A stretch of DNA of 64,000 nt from an uncultured virus (IMG/VR IMGVR_UViG_2877933038_000001). Its lineage: Duplodnaviria > Heunggongvirae > Uroviricota > Caudoviricetes. Every line of letters starts with the position of its first letter. Positions within the stretch are counted from its first letter, which is position 1. The notes under the pieces are model-generated. The model was not told the origin of the DNA. It was given only the letters and a program-made list of their open reading frames with translations, and did no database searches. The DNA lies in IMG/VR virus record IMGVR_UViG_2877933038_000001; one strand, given 5' to 3'. A program made the translations under genes and the position numbers. Shown one piece after another: positions 41,403 to 50,402 of the stretch.

Positions 41403-41654
41403 GATTTGCCTCAAAATATTTATAATATGTTCTTATACTAAATGTTTTTTTAACGTTGCAGGGGGGCCCGCATAAAGTGTATCAGGCGGTACATGTTTAG
41501 CCTCTTACGCTTGGAGATTAGGCATGTATTGAATAGAACTCTTGCAACCCTGGCGTCTTTCTTTCCGCACAAAATGAAAGTGTAATATTTTAATACATCC
41601 CACATTTTAATCTCCTTATAACTCTAATCCGCTGAGTGGCACCATTCTAAAACA

Positions 41655-41924
41655 CTATATACTCTCGAACGAAGCTCCAATTTCTTGCATTTTTTCCAGA
41701 ACGGAAGCTAATTCCTTATCGCCTAAAGCAAGCTGTGCTGCTATAAAAAATAAGATGTGAGGCGACATTGCGCGGGGTGACTCACCGCCGGTGTATTTAC
41801 GCCACTGGCTGTTACTTGCCACGCCAGCAAGGTCTGCCATCTGCGCGCCGGTATAACCCAGCTTATCTTTTAGCTGGTTCAGGTCTTCCGGCGTAGGTGG
41901 CGTGTAGTCTTTGATCAGTCGCAT
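41655..41924 (-). CDS. Small XRE-type HTH regulator (KorC/Aca-like)
   Basis: PPTPEDLNQLKDKLGYTGAQMADLAGV..WRKYTGG; AGGTG RBS. Confidence 0.75.
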   Translation of the reverse strand: MRLIKDYTPPTPEDLNQLKDKLGYTGAQMADLAGVASNSQWRKYTGGESPRAMSPHILFFIAAQLALGDKELASVLEKMQEIGASFESI

Positions 41925-41963
41925 GTATCACCTGTAAAAAAAGCCCCTGCCGGGGCTTAATTG

Positions 41964-42140
41964 TTAAATTAGTTTGAGCAGTACCGTTGTGATAGTTGCT
42001 ACAGCACCAATAAGGCCAGTAGCAACGACGATTGGATACCAGGCTGATTCCCTGTTGAGTTTCGATGTCTCAGCAATCAGCTTAGCGATTTCAGCGTTGA
42101 TTTTTGCTAATTCGGCCTGGGTCATTTCGTTAGTGCTCAT
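41964..42140 (-). CDS. 58-aa coiled-coil plus C-terminal TM protein
   Basis: MSTNEMTQAELAKINAEIAKLIAETSKLNRESAWYPIVVATGLIGAVATITTVLLKLI; AGGAAG RBS; below ORF-track cutoff. Confidence 0.7.
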   Translation of the reverse strand: MSTNEMTQAELAKINAEIAKLIAETSKLNRESAWYPIVVATGLIGAVATITTVLLKLI

Positions 42141-42193
42141 TGTTCTTCCTTTCGGGATTCGGGCTGCGGCCTTTCCGCTACCTCATGAGTCCA

Positions 42194-42222
42194 ACTATAG
42201 CCCCATTGGGGCTACATGTCAA
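42194..42222 (-). promoter_or_regulatory. Sigma70 promoter TTGACA-17-TATAGT with overlapping palindromic operator TAGCCCCAATGGGGCTA
   Basis: Read directly; operator 42198-42214. Confidence 0.8.
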
Positions 42223-42535
42223 TTCACTATTGCTGATTTTTTAAAAAGTTTTGTACCAGAAAAAACAAATAATTGTTCAGGCGTAGTAATTGATACACGT
42301 CTTGGTGCGTTTGAAGACAATCCGGTGGAATGGGTTACCGCAGTCGCATTGTTTGCAGAAGCGTGCTTTGGTAGGCTGCCTGCAGTTTAGTCAGTACTGA
42401 CTGTAACCGTGTTTATAGGTCGTATGGGCCACTATTGTGATGTAACATCGTATTTGATCAGCAGATCGTATGCTGACGATTGCAAAGCTACAGTGTAATA
42501 TGCACGCCAGTCGTTGATGGGGTAGTTATTGTGGA

Positions 42536-42829
42536 ATGTCCACCGCTGTGTCCATCAAGAAAAATTTATCAGCATAGCGAGTTGAAAAATTCATATTTAT
42601 GAAGAACATAAGAAATTTCTCCATCATTGCTCACATCGATAATTGATACCCCGCCACCCTCCGCAAACCTACGACAAAATCCTCTCAAGATCCCTGCAAA
42701 ATAAGCGCTCACAAAAATGATACTGGTTGCATGTACAGTCAACCTACGACATCATGAGTCATGGTTTTTGTGTCCACCAGTGCGTCCATATCCTATGATG
42801 GACACAGAATCTTCCGTTCTGATGGACAC
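42536..42829. other. Intact attP-like site of phage B with lepA 5' replacement
   Basis: 42599-42646 encodes MKNIRNFSIIAHIDN-stop (LepA N-terminus); GTGTCCAYCA arm repeats on both sides; adjacent to int. Confidence 0.75.
42721..42740. promoter_or_regulatory. Putative LexA box upstream of int B
   Basis: TACTGGTTGCATGTACAGTC = CTG-N10-CAG. Confidence 0.55.
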
Positions 42830-42844
42830 ATGCAGGGATAAATC

Positions 42845-44074
42845 ATGGCTATTTCAGATAGTTATCTAAAGTCGTGCCTCGGGCGCGAACGCGATAAAGT
42901 TGAAGAGAAGGCAGACCGGGACGGTCTGTGGGTGCGCATTTCCAAAAAGGGCGCCGTCACTTTTTTCTACCGATTCCGTTTCCTGGGTAAGCAGGACAAG
43001 ATGACGATCGGCAGTTACCCGGAATTCGGGTTGAAGGCCGCGCGCGAAGAGGTAACTAAGTGGGCCGCCATTCTTGCCCGTGGAGAGAATCCGCGGATCA
43101 GGCAAGGCCTCGATAAAGCTAAAATCAACAGCCAGTACACATTCGAGGAACTTTTCAGAGAATGGCATGCGATGGTATGCGTTCAGAAAGAAACATCCGA
43201 TCAAATACTGCGTTCGTTTGAGCTGCATGTATTCCCTAAGCTGGGTAAGTATCCAGCGCATCAGTTGACGCTGCACAACTGGCTTACAGTTCTGGACCGA
43301 CTGGCGCAGGGATACACTGAGATCACCCGGCGAGTAATTAGTAACGGTCGGCAGTGCTACTCATGGGCAGTGAAGCGCCAGTTGCTTGAGGTTAACCCAC
43401 TTTCTGAAATGTCCGGTCGTGATTTTGGTATTCAGAAGAAAATGGGGGAGAGAACACTGGAGCGCAAAGAAATTGCGATTGTCTGGCGAGCTATTGAGGA
43501 TTCCCGCCTTATTGAGCGAAACAAGATCCTTTATAAATTGTCTCTGATATGGGCGTGCAGGGTCGGTGAACTCCGTCAGGCTGAAGTTTTGCATTTCGAT
43601 TTTGAGGAGGGCGTCTGGACCGTACCGTGGGAAAATCATAAAACGGGACGGAAAAGTAAGAAGCCGATAATTCGCCCGATCATCCCTGAAATGCTCCCGC
43701 TGATACAACGAGCCATTGAGCTGGCGCCGGGCCGTTTTGTTTTCTCAAAATATGCAGACAAGCCGATGAGCGAAGGCTTTCATATGAGCATCAGCAGCAA
43801 TCTTGTTAAGTTCATGCTGAAGGCTTATAACGAGCAGGTTCCGCACTTTACGATCCATGATCTACGCAGAACTGCGCGAACTAATTTCTCCGAGCTGACT
43901 GAACCACATATTGCTGAGATGATGCTCGGGCATAAACTGCCTGGAGTGTGGTCGGTGTACGACAAATACACCTATATCGAAGAAATGAGAGAGGCTTATA
44001 GTAAATGGTGGGCCCGACTGATGAGCATCATCGAGCCCGATGTTCTGGAGTTCACGCCACGTCAGACCGGATGA
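42845..44074 (+). CDS. int: Tyrosine integrase (Gifsy-1-like)
   Basis: DRDGLWVR arm domain, ACRVGEL, HDLRRT, LGH..VY. Confidence 0.95.
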   Translation: MAISDSYLKSCLGRERDKVEEKADRDGLWVRISKKGAVTFFYRFRFLGKQDKMTIGSYPEFGLKAAREEVTKWAAILARGENPRIRQGLDKAKINSQYTFEELFREWHAMVCVQKETSDQILRSFELHVFPKLGKYPAHQLTLHNWLTVLDRLAQGYTEITRRVISNGRQCYSWAVKRQLLEVNPLSEMSGRDFGIQKKMGERTLERKEIAIVWRAIEDSRLIERNKILYKLSLIWACRVGELRQAEVLHFDFEEGVWTVPWENHKTGRKSKKPIIRPIIPEMLPLIQRAIELAPGRFVFSKYADKPMSEGFHMSISSNLVKFMLKAYNEQVPHFTIHDLRRTARTNFSELTEPHIAEMMLGHKLPGVWSVYDKYTYIEEMREAYSKWWARLMSIIEPDVLEFTPRQTG

Positions 44075-44336
44075 GTCGACCTTTGTTGTCACGAGGCAGA
44101 TTCAGATGCGACATTGGACGGCGTGTTGGTCGTGACATTTCCCTGACCTGCCACTCATTGACTTTGGTTTTAAGCCATTTATTGGAGCCACCCATATATG
44201 AACAGTCAGGCTCCGGGAATGGGTTGTTGTCGCTTGGTCGCTTACGGTAACGCTCCAGCGTCCTGGAAGAAATCCTGAGCTGGCAGCAAATTTCGCGGGT
44301 GTTCATCAATCCAAAGTCTCTAATTTTTTTGCTCAT
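44052..44336 (-). CDS. xis: Excisionase (AlpA-like HTH)
   Basis: Convergent/overlapping with int; ISSRTLERYRK..PFPEP. Confidence 0.75.
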   Translation of the reverse strand: MSKKIRDFGLMNTREICCQLRISSRTLERYRKRPSDNNPFPEPDCSYMGGSNKWLKTKVNEWQVREMSRPTRRPMSHLNLPRDNKGRLIRSDVA

Positions 44337-44376
44337 CGTTTTCTCCAGTGGCCCCGCAGCGGGCCATCGCTAATAT

Positions 44377-44622
44377 TCAGTTTGCCTGTGCCGGCAGATT
44401 TCTAAGTTTCCGGACGCCGATCATTGCGGTGGCTACGTAGCTGGTGGCCCGGTTAACTACTTCGACAGGAACCTTTACGCCATCCACTACAACGGTGTAA
44501 TTGGTAACGTGCTTTTGTCTGCCGTAATCGCCGAACTTCTCATGATGCGCAGCCAGTGCAATATCACATGCGCGACGACCGACTGGTGATTGCTTGCTTC
44601 TGTTAATAAGTTTCATCATCAC
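44377..44622 (-). CDS. Conserved phage hypothetical (DUF4060-like), copy 2
   Basis: Identical to 1821-2066. Confidence 0.7.
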   Translation of the reverse strand: MMMKLINRSKQSPVGRRACDIALAAHHEKFGDYGRQKHVTNYTVVVDGVKVPVEVVNRATSYVATAMIGVRKLRNLPAQAN

Positions 44623-45518
44623 TAAATCCCCAGTGAGGCGACGATATCGTTCGCTGTTTCTCGGGTACTGCCTTTACTCGATATTGATCTGCGGGCATTG
44701 ACCCGGTGCAAAGTGAAGCCGTGCCGCTCGTAAAGTTCAATAACGCGTGGTGCGGTAGAATTACTGATAAACACCTTTGCGCCGCGCTGATGGGCTGCAA
44801 CGCAGCTTTCAGCAAGCGCTACCTGGCTATCCCATGAGAACCCACCGGAGGCGTAGCTAGTGAAGCCAGTGGTGCCGGGTATTGGCTCGTATGGCGGATC
44901 GCAGTAAACGACATCACCATCACCCGCCAGCCTGAGAGTACGTTCGAAACCCGCAGTCATAAATACGCACGCGCGAGACTTCTTCCTGAATGCCCTGATC
45001 TCTTCTTCCGGGAAATATGGGGCTTTATACTTTCCCCATCCAACATTGAAAAAACCGTCAAGGTTGTAACGCATCAGACCGTTAAAGCAGTGCCTGTTGA
45101 GATAAAGGAATGCGGCTGCTCGTTCTGTCGCATTCAGTTTCTGGGCGTTGAATGCTTCACGAATTACTGTGTAGTTTTCGGCATCATTCAGATGTCTGAA
45201 AGCTTTTATTGCCTCTGCGATTACCGAATCAGGCACTACGGCCAGCATCTGGTACAGGTTAATCAGGTCGGCGTTGACGTCAGCCAGAAGGAAACGTTCG
45301 TGCTTGTCTGAGTTGAGAAACACCGAACCGCCGCCCACAAATGGTTCTATCAGTCGTTTACCTGCCGGGATAAGACGATCCAGTTCCGGCAGCAGCGAAT
45401 ATTTACCGCCTGCCCATTTCAGGAACGGGCGGCGCCAGGTGCGCGGAACACTTTTTTCAACTGGCAACACAGCCGCTATGCGCCCGCCAATCCCACTGCA
45501 AACAGATCCGTATCTCAT
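44622..45518 (-). CDS. dam: DNA adenine methyltransferase, copy 2
   Basis: Near-identical to 2066-2947. Confidence 0.95.
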   Translation of the reverse strand: MRYGSVCSGIGGRIAAVLPVEKSVPRTWRRPFLKWAGGKYSLLPELDRLIPAGKRLIEPFVGGGSVFLNSDKHERFLLADVNADLINLYQMLAVVPDSVIAEAIKAFRHLNDAENYTVIREAFNAQKLNATERAAAFLYLNRHCFNGLMRYNLDGFFNVGWGKYKAPYFPEEEIRAFRKKSRACVFMTAGFERTLRLAGDGDVVYCDPPYEPIPGTTGFTSYASGGFSWDSQVALAESCVAAHQRGAKVFISNSTAPRVIELYERHGFTLHRVNARRSISSKGSTRETANDIVASLGI

Positions 45519-46138
45519 GCAGCACTCTCCTGATGCGTTATGTTTTGTATTTCTGTTTCCAGTTCCGCAAGAAATTTAACGACCTCTTGTTCGATTTCGG
45601 CGGCCAGAACTTCATCGAAGTTGATCCGAGTTTTGAAATAGGCAAGTTCTGGCGGCAGCCGATCATCAAAGCTGACAAAATCGCACCATTTTCGCCCTGT
45701 GCACATCATCTGAGCATGCATCTGGAGAAGGTACTGACGTTTTGGCGTGCCTGTTTTTAGCGTCTGGAGGTGAGTCCAGGTGTTCGGGCATTTGATTTCA
45801 ATCAGGCCGTCATCATTTACGAGCCCGTCCGGGCTGGCGGCAAATCCGGCAATAGTAGGGTGGTCAATCAATCCTACCTCTGAGATTACCGCGTCGAACT
45901 CATTCAGCGCATACATCTCACGCGCCACTGGCTCAAGTTCAGTACCACGCATCATGGCGGCATTGGTAAATCCTTCCTCAAGTTTTCCGGTCAGGCGCTG
46001 ACAGATAAGCTCTGCCATATAGTTCTGGCGGCTGGCCGCATAACCTGACTTTGTTCGGGCCATCACATCATAAAGTCGGCTGGCTGTGACTTTGCCGCAT
46101 CGAGCGGCAAACCATTCCGGTGAACGTTGTTCCATCAT
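45515..46138 (-). CDS. exo: YqaJ/lambda-exonuclease family nuclease
   Basis: QRSPEWFAAR, ASPDGL, IEIKCP. Confidence 0.9.
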   Translation of the reverse strand: MMEQRSPEWFAARCGKVTASRLYDVMARTKSGYAASRQNYMAELICQRLTGKLEEGFTNAAMMRGTELEPVAREMYALNEFDAVISEVGLIDHPTIAGFAASPDGLVNDDGLIEIKCPNTWTHLQTLKTGTPKRQYLLQMHAQMMCTGRKWCDFVSFDDRLPPELAYFKTRINFDEVLAAEIEQEVVKFLAELETEIQNITHQESAA

Positions 46139-46878
46139 TCATCTCCTTCAACCGTCTGGCCTTCAATGGCGCCTTCAGATGTCAGGCTCATTTCGTAAAG
46201 CCGTTTCTTCGCTGTCTTCCCGATAACCTGGCGTTCCTCGTTACCAAGGCTTAGCCAGAATTTTTTGAATTCTTCTGCGCCAGAACGGGCTGCCTGTTCA
46301 CCTTTTGCAATCAGCTCAGGGCGTCGGTGATCCGACTCATGTCCGATATGAACCTCTGCTGTGGTACCCTCAATTACTCGCTCTGCTTCGTCCTGATCGA
46401 AGATGCCGGCAAAACCGAATGCCAGTCGTGCACACTGGATTAGTGTTTTATGGCGAAGCATACGTGTGGGGTGAGACTGCCAGGGCTGAGTGTTACGCTT
46501 ACACTCATCCATGTATTCGGTGACAACGGTCGGATGACTGCGATCCTTGCGGTAAATTTTGCAGGTACACGCGCCTTCCTCCTTGTCATAGGAGAATTCC
46601 ATTCCGTCAAACTGCGGATGTTCGTTGATAATACGGGACCAGCCATCAACGCCGACGACAGGGACGATCCCCCCTTTATCAGGAAAGGCGTAAATCTCTT
46701 TAGTCCACGGATTGAGTCCATACTGGTTCGCAACAATCAGCAGGGCGGTGAACTGTTCGTCGGTGACATTGCCACCTTTGAACGCTGTGTTTTTCAGTGT
46801 ATTCATGAGGTCTGTCCCGGCATCCATTCCGAGACGAGCAGCCAGTTTCCCGGCCATAGTTGAAAGGGCTGTGCTCAT
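46135..46878 (-). CDS. bet: Bet recombinase
   Basis: [23 protein letters not shown]-terminus differs from copy A. Confidence 0.9.
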   Translation of the reverse strand: MSTALSTMAGKLAARLGMDAGTDLMNTLKNTAFKGGNVTDEQFTALLIVANQYGLNPWTKEIYAFPDKGGIVPVVGVDGWSRIINEHPQFDGMEFSYDKEEGACTCKIYRKDRSHPTVVTEYMDECKRNTQPWQSHPTRMLRHKTLIQCARLAFGFAGIFDQDEAERVIEGTTAEVHIGHESDHRRPELIAKGEQAARSGAEEFKKFWLSLGNEERQVIGKTAKKRLYEMSLTSEGAIEGQTVEGDE

Positions 46879-46883
46879 TTGTC

Positions 46884-47180
46884 TTATTCCTCTGATTCAA
46901 TATCAATTTGATGCCGGGAAAACGTCTCGGCCATGTACCGCACAAACTCCGACGCGCGCTCCTGGAACTCGACATCGTCATCAAATGCCCGGCTTATCGC
47001 CTGTTTGCTGGCACCGCGGCGTTGAAGTTCGTCAATGCACAGCGACTCCAGCATGTGAAGCGACAGTCCTTTCTCCAGGTCGTCAGCCAGCTCGGATTCT
47101 TTCTCTTCTCTGGCGATTTGCTGGTAATGCCGGGTCCAGTCCTGAGCCTCGATCCGGTCGTAAGTGAGATATGCGTTCAT
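46884..47180 (-). CDS. gam: Gam
   Basis: Near-identical to 5554-5850. Confidence 0.9.
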   Translation of the reverse strand: MNAYLTYDRIEAQDWTRHYQQIAREEKESELADDLEKGLSLHMLESLCIDELQRRGASKQAISRAFDDDVEFQERASEFVRYMAETFSRHQIDIESEE

Positions 47181-47261
47181 GGCTGAACTCCTGAATTTGG
47201 TTTGCAGAATCCCCTGCGCGATGAAAGCCGCCTGATAGCTCAGTTAAATTCTTTGTTTCTA

Positions 47262-47468
47262 TTACCGGCTGAGGCCTTGGCCAAACCCGTTCAAATAGAC
47301 TTCAACCAGCAAATCGGTTGTGTAAGTGCGCTCAATGCCGCGATGCAGGTAGAGGCGACCGCGTTTGTTTGCTGATGCAGTCCAGGTGCCTTCACGATGC
47401 TTTACGAGCATTCCGGGCATAACGGCACCGCGGTTAACGGTCTGGGTTCCATAGTGATGACTAATCAT
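47262..47468 (-). CDS. kil: Kil-like (KilR family)
   Basis: MISHHYGTQ..PGMLVKH..ASAN. Confidence 0.7.
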   Translation of the reverse strand: MISHHYGTQTVNRGAVMPGMLVKHREGTWTASANKRGRLYLHRGIERTYTTDLLVEVYLNGFGQGLSR

Positions 47469-48012
47469 TGAAAGCCCCCATCGAACTAAATTCTGAGTGA
47501 TGCTTTTCTTTCATTCTCAGCACCCACTTGCGAGCTGCTTGTAATCCTTCATTGGTATCCGGGAAGGTTTTTCTTTCCCTTACTGAACCAGTGACAACTC
47601 TTGCTAGAAGTAATGTCTTCCCAGAACCTTTTCCAATTCTTCCGACACACTGAACACCAACCTGATTGTCGCTGCGCAGGCCAGTGTTCCTTGCGTTCTG
47701 TACTCTTGTTGAGATGCGGAGATTGGCGGCGCTATCATCGGACCTATTTCTGTTTATATGGTCAATCTCCGCATCTCTAGGATCCTGACCAGTAAGAAAT
47801 AACCAAGCAATTCTAGAGCTGAAATACTTCACTCCCTTGAGTGTGATTCTTCTCCGACCATCCCGATCAATGCTTCCAGCTACTGAACCGACAGACTTCC
47901 CGCCCTTACTGATTTTCCTAGTAAAGACCCCACTTGAAGGGTTGTAGTCGAGTAATTCACGTACATATTTTAGAGTGGGTAGTTTTGCGTGATGCATAAT
48001 CTGAATCCTCAT
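47461..48012 (-). CDS. HNH homing endonuclease
   Basis: LLDYNPSSGVF, IDHINRNRSDD..NLR. Confidence 0.85.
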   Translation of the reverse strand: MRIQIMHHAKLPTLKYVRELLDYNPSSGVFTRKISKGGKSVGSVAGSIDRDGRRRITLKGVKYFSSRIAWLFLTGQDPRDAEIDHINRNRSDDSAANLRISTRVQNARNTGLRSDNQVGVQCVGRIGKGSGKTLLLARVVTGSVRERKTFPDTNEGLQAARKWVLRMKEKHHSEFSSMGAFND

Positions 48013-48022
48013 GCCTGCCGAT

Positions 48023-48130
48023 ATCGCCCGGCCAGCGGAACGTTTTAAACCTTCTGCGCGTTAACTTTTCCACCTCATTCCGGTCTTCGTATGCCCCGGA
48101 CGGCTACTTCGTGTGCGTCCTGCCTGGGTG
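48023..48130 (-). ncRNA. Structured pL leader RNA (copy B)
   Basis: Homologous to 6160-6270. Confidence 0.5.
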
Positions 48131-48152
48131 GTTCGTTGTTGCTATGGAATAA

Positions 48153-48215
48153 GTAAAGCATCATTTTACTTCATAGTCAACTTATACGGAATTAAAGTGT
48201 AAAGCAAAGCTGTAC
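48153..48215. promoter_or_regulatory. OL operators of phage B (GTAAA-N7-TTTAC)
   Basis: GTAAAGCATCATTTTAC 48153-48169; matches OR sites. Confidence 0.65.
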
Positions 48216-48287
48216 AACAAGCATGTTCATTTTTGAACTATGTTTAGCAGCTCAATATGTATATGATTAAAAAAACATCAGTAAGAG

Positions 48288-48500
48288 GTGGTTATGGAAC
48301 GCGATGAGCTGGAAGAAGACCGTGCGGCCTTCATTGCGGGTGAGATTGGCGGCGCTGTGGTCGAATTGATAATCGACGGCGTAGTGATTAACCGTGATGC
48401 GATCGTTGAACGTCTGGAGGAGAAGCGGAGGAGAGTCGGGAACGTTATTCACAAAGGTGTATTGCGGGATGCGGCTGTGATGGTGAGGAAAGGGCAGTAA
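48288..48500 (+). CDS. Small hypothetical immunity-region protein
   Basis: GAGGT RBS; convergent with 332-aa gene across hairpin. Confidence 0.6.
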   Translation: MVMERDELEEDRAAFIAGEIGGAVVELIIDGVVINRDAIVERLEEKRRRVGNVIHKGVLRDAAVMVRKGQ

Positions 48501-48528
48501 ATACCCGGCGCGGTGGCCGGGTTGGTGG

Positions 48529-49527
48529 TTATGTTATCTCTTTGACATAAAGGATTATCGCGGACTTTATTTCACCATCGAGTTCTTTTGCGTTAATTGA
48601 CAAGTGAACGGGTTTTCTATCCCACTCAGCATGCTGAAGGGCTTTTTTGTGTTCGGAGGCATCAAGAAAAACATCTTGAACGATGCACGATATTCTTAGA
48701 TCGGAGTCAACGTTTCTCACTTGCACCTTGAAGCTCTCCGGATCAGTAGAGTCAACCTTTTCAATACGATAATTCCCATCAAGGCGGATCTCCATTGATT
48801 TCCGCCTTGCATTTGTAGTGAGGTTTTTGGATAGGTCGGCATCCAATACTACACCATCAATCTGAGCTGTATCTGCCTTTACAAATGATTTAACTATGTC
48901 AGTTTTGGCGTCATGGGCAAGCCTTTCCATGTTGTCAAGCTTGGGTTTTTCTTTGATAAGTTGCGTCAATAACTCACTTCGCTTTGTTTCCTGCTCAGAC
49001 ATGAATCGCATTGTCGCGAGATGTTCACGCTCAGACTCGCTTTTTACTTCTGCCATGCGAATCTCTTTGCGGTCTTCTAGATATTTCTTGAATAGGACGA
49101 CGCCGCCCCATATAAGAGCGACCCCTAAAACTGTAATGACAATCTCTTGAGGGCCCACTTTACTCACCGCAGTTTGTATAACCTCACCCATGAACCCATC
49201 CATGTTAACCTCTATCAAGGATGAGCCATTCTCAACATTTACCTGAATTTCGATAGCTTCCTTCTCTTCTTTTGAAAGCTTTCTTGGATCAGGGACCCCA
49301 TACTTTAACAATGCATAAGCTCGGTTTATTTGGGCCTGCATTTCAACAAACCCCTTCATAACAGAAGGGGTCAAACTGCCGTGAAATTTGTCACCAGTTA
49401 GACGAAATGTTAAGTTAGGCCACCCTTCAAATGATATCCCATCAGGAAGATCTTGCCCAGCGATGTACATCTCAACAAAACGCAAAGCATCTTCTTCGGA
49501 ATGAATAACCGCTGTGCTGATTTCCAA
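48529..49527 (-). CDS. Unknown 332-aa single-TM protein downstream of cI
   Basis: Long low-GC ORF, TTG start with AGG RBS, TM IVITVLGVALIWGGVVLF. Confidence 0.8.
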   Translation of the reverse strand: MEISTAVIHSEEDALRFVEMYIAGQDLPDGISFEGWPNLTFRLTGDKFHGSLTPSVMKGFVEMQAQINRAYALLKYGVPDPRKLSKEEKEAIEIQVNVENGSSLIEVNMDGFMGEVIQTAVSKVGPQEIVITVLGVALIWGGVVLFKKYLEDRKEIRMAEVKSESEREHLATMRFMSEQETKRSELLTQLIKEKPKLDNMERLAHDAKTDIVKSFVKADTAQIDGVVLDADLSKNLTTNARRKSMEIRLDGNYRIEKVDSTDPESFKVQVRNVDSDLRISCIVQDVFLDASEHKKALQHAEWDRKPVHLSINAKELDGEIKSAIILYVKEIT

Positions 49528-49674
49528 ATCGAAACCTCTATAATTATCAATTATTTCAAATTATTATTGTTGCAATGGGCGCGATAATTTTAGTCTTATC
49601 ACCCAAACATCCCTACAGTCCATCATCACCCGAATACCTCTGGCTAACCGTACTTCCTGTAGGTCTGTGGCGTA

Positions 49675-50058
49675 TTACTCCACATCGCCCTTAATCCGCC
49701 GCCCCATATACTTGGCGTACAGTTCGTCGAGCTCCTTCAGGCGCAGGGATACGATCCGCAACATGTTCTGCTGCTCTTCTTCCGGTAACTGGCGATAGAG
49801 CTCAAGCAGGCGCTGTTCGTCAGGTTTAAGTCCGTCTTTCTCTCCGACATCCTCACCAAGCAGCCACGGAACTGATACGCCAGCAGCATCAGCAATAGCT
49901 AATGCGGAGCTTTTGCTAATTCTTCCTGTTTTGAACCAACTGGAAACTGCTTGCTTGCTGACACCAGCTACCCTGGCCATCTCTGTTTTAGAGAAACCCT
50001 TCTTATTTAACTCTGCCAGCCTGGAGATCAGGCCATTCGTCAGTGTGTTATCGCTCAT
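49675..50058 (-). CDS. cI: Short cI-like repressor (Gifsy-1 GfoR-like C-terminus)
   Basis: HTH SKTEMARVAGVSKQAVSSW; no peptidase domain; GAGG RBS. Confidence 0.85.
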   Translation of the reverse strand: MSDNTLTNGLISRLAELNKKGFSKTEMARVAGVSKQAVSSWFKTGRISKSSALAIADAAGVSVPWLLGEDVGEKDGLKPDEQRLLELYRQLPEEEQQNMLRIVSLRLKELDELYAKYMGRRIKGDVE

Positions 50059-50067
50059 CGCCTCATT

Positions 50068-50133
50068 GTAAATGATTGCTTTACTTGTAGGTAGGCATGT
50101 GATGTTTGACTTGTTGGTAAAATGATGCTTTAC
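50068..50133. promoter_or_regulatory. OR operators of phage B
   Basis: GTAAATGATTGCTTTAC 50068-50084 and GTAAAATGATGCTTTAC 50117-50133. Confidence 0.7.
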
Positions 50134-50155
50134 TCTTGTCATCTAAGGAGGTCCT

Positions 50156-50383
50156 ATGACTGGTATTGAAAAAGCAATTCAAAAATTTGGAACAGGGGCT
50201 GCTCTTGGAAGAGCGCTTGGATTTTCAAAAATGACAATTTCCAACTGGAAAAAGACCGGGATTCCACCCGATCACATTCGTTCAGTTTTCGAACTTACAG
50301 GTGTTACGCCACATGAGTTACGGCCTGACTTGTATCCAAATCCAACAGATGCATTACCAAGCCAAGAGGCATCAGCCAAATAA
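50156..50383 (+). CDS. cro: Cro-like regulator
   Basis: HTH plus VTPHELRPDLYP. Confidence 0.85.
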   Translation: MTGIEKAIQKFGTGAALGRALGFSKMTISNWKKTGIPPDHIRSVFELTGVTPHELRPDLYPNPTDALPSQEASAK

Positions 50384-50402
50384 CCATAGAGGATATTTAC
50401 CC

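Noticed and set aside
41974..42390. 138-aa plus-strand ORF in the track
   Set aside because: Shadow of the minus-strand 58-aa gene and its promoter; no RBS.
41420..42840. attR of prophage A at the A/B junction
   Set aside because: No copy of TTATAAAAATGTAGC was found by eye there.
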